Source: Ginkgo biloba (Eukaryota; Plantae; Ginkgophyta). Taken from it: a DNA stretch of 21,852 nucleotides. Where the stretch lies: contig JANKJI020000002.1 of NCBI GenBank assembly GCA_024626585.2, positions 212,716,450 through 212,738,301 of the forward strand, written 5' to 3'. How positions within the stretch are numbered: position 1 is the stretch's first letter; every line of letters begins with the position of its first letter. Of the stretch, positions 21,357-21,852 are shown in pieces. The position numbers and the translations under genes were made by a program. The notes beneath the pieces were generated by a model. It was not told the DNA's origin. It ran no database searches and worked only from the letters and a program-made list of their open reading frames with translations.

Positions 21357-21852
21357 TGGTATCGAAGCTCGAGTTTTAGCTACTATGGGCTAGTGAGACA
21401 AGTTTTTCTTGAAGATGTAGCTAATTCAATATGTCTAGAGACAACTGAATTAGTCTTGAGTAGGAGGCAACCTTTCAGGATATGCTTAAGGAGAATCTTA
21501 GGCCCTTTGGTCAAGTGGTACAAGATGTGGGATGTGCCTTGGAGGAACTTTTCGAAGGAATCTAGTTGCTGCTAGGAAATTAGCCAAGACAAGTGGATGT
21601 CAATTGAGGATCTGCACATGGGTTTGATAAGCATTTTGTTGATGACAACATTGGTAGAGATACTCCCCTTGGAAGAATTAGGAGGGAAGGAAGAGGTCCT
21701 AGGGACTTCAACATGAATACCAGTCCCTTGAGGCTCCTTTTAGGGCAACCTTACTCGTCAGGGAATTTTGTAAGCTTAGGGAACCAAGGAATATACAAAG
21801 GCTTAGAGATTGACAACCACCTTGACCTAAATTCGAGGTACCCAATTTTAAT
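21357..21852 (+). mobile_element. Ty3/gypsy retrotransposon 5' internal region: PBS-like site and gag start, continuing beyond window
   Basis: TGGTATCGAAGC (21357-21368) resembles the tRNA-iMet PBS TGGTATCAGAGC. A nearly open frame follows (FQDMLKENLRPFGQVVQDVGCALEELFEG...), and the window ends in KFEVPNFN (21829-21852), like gag K(V/F)EIPxFxG. Confidence 0.6.

Larger units (their letters stand above)
17157..21852 (+). other. RAD23: RAD23 intron 2 (partial, >4.6 kb, TE-filled); exon 3 not seen in window
   Basis: GT donor at 17157. No recognisable Ser/Ala/Pro-rich linker or UBA exon downstream, although one could hide in the 18362-19071 gap. Confidence 0.7.

Overview
AT-rich, gappy (many N runs) plant nuclear DNA. 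The long TE-filled introns and the CG/CHG-eroded retroelements suggest a large-genome seed plant such as a gymnosperm (inference). One host gene is supported: the 5' end of a RAD23 ubiquitin-receptor/nucleotide-excision-repair gene on the + strand. It has coding exon 1 at 14549-14614 and exon 2 at 16995-17156, together encoding the UBL domain. Intron 1 is 2.38 kb, and intron 2 exceeds 4.6 kb and runs off the window. The ~14 kb upstream and intron 2 are mostly decayed TEs: Ty3/gypsy gag, pol and RNaseH pieces, an L1 LINE RT, a probable LTR, and possible MULE and hAT relics. I found no convincing novel multi-gene system. The most interesting signals lie around the RAD23 5' end: a cluster of AACGG (MSA/MYB-type) cores, a site II/PRCE-like motif, a signal-peptide-like uORF directly after a splice-acceptor-like tract, a tRNA-derived SINE-like relic in intron 1, and a UBL mixing RAD23a/b and c/d features. 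All homology calls come from recalled motifs, not database searches.
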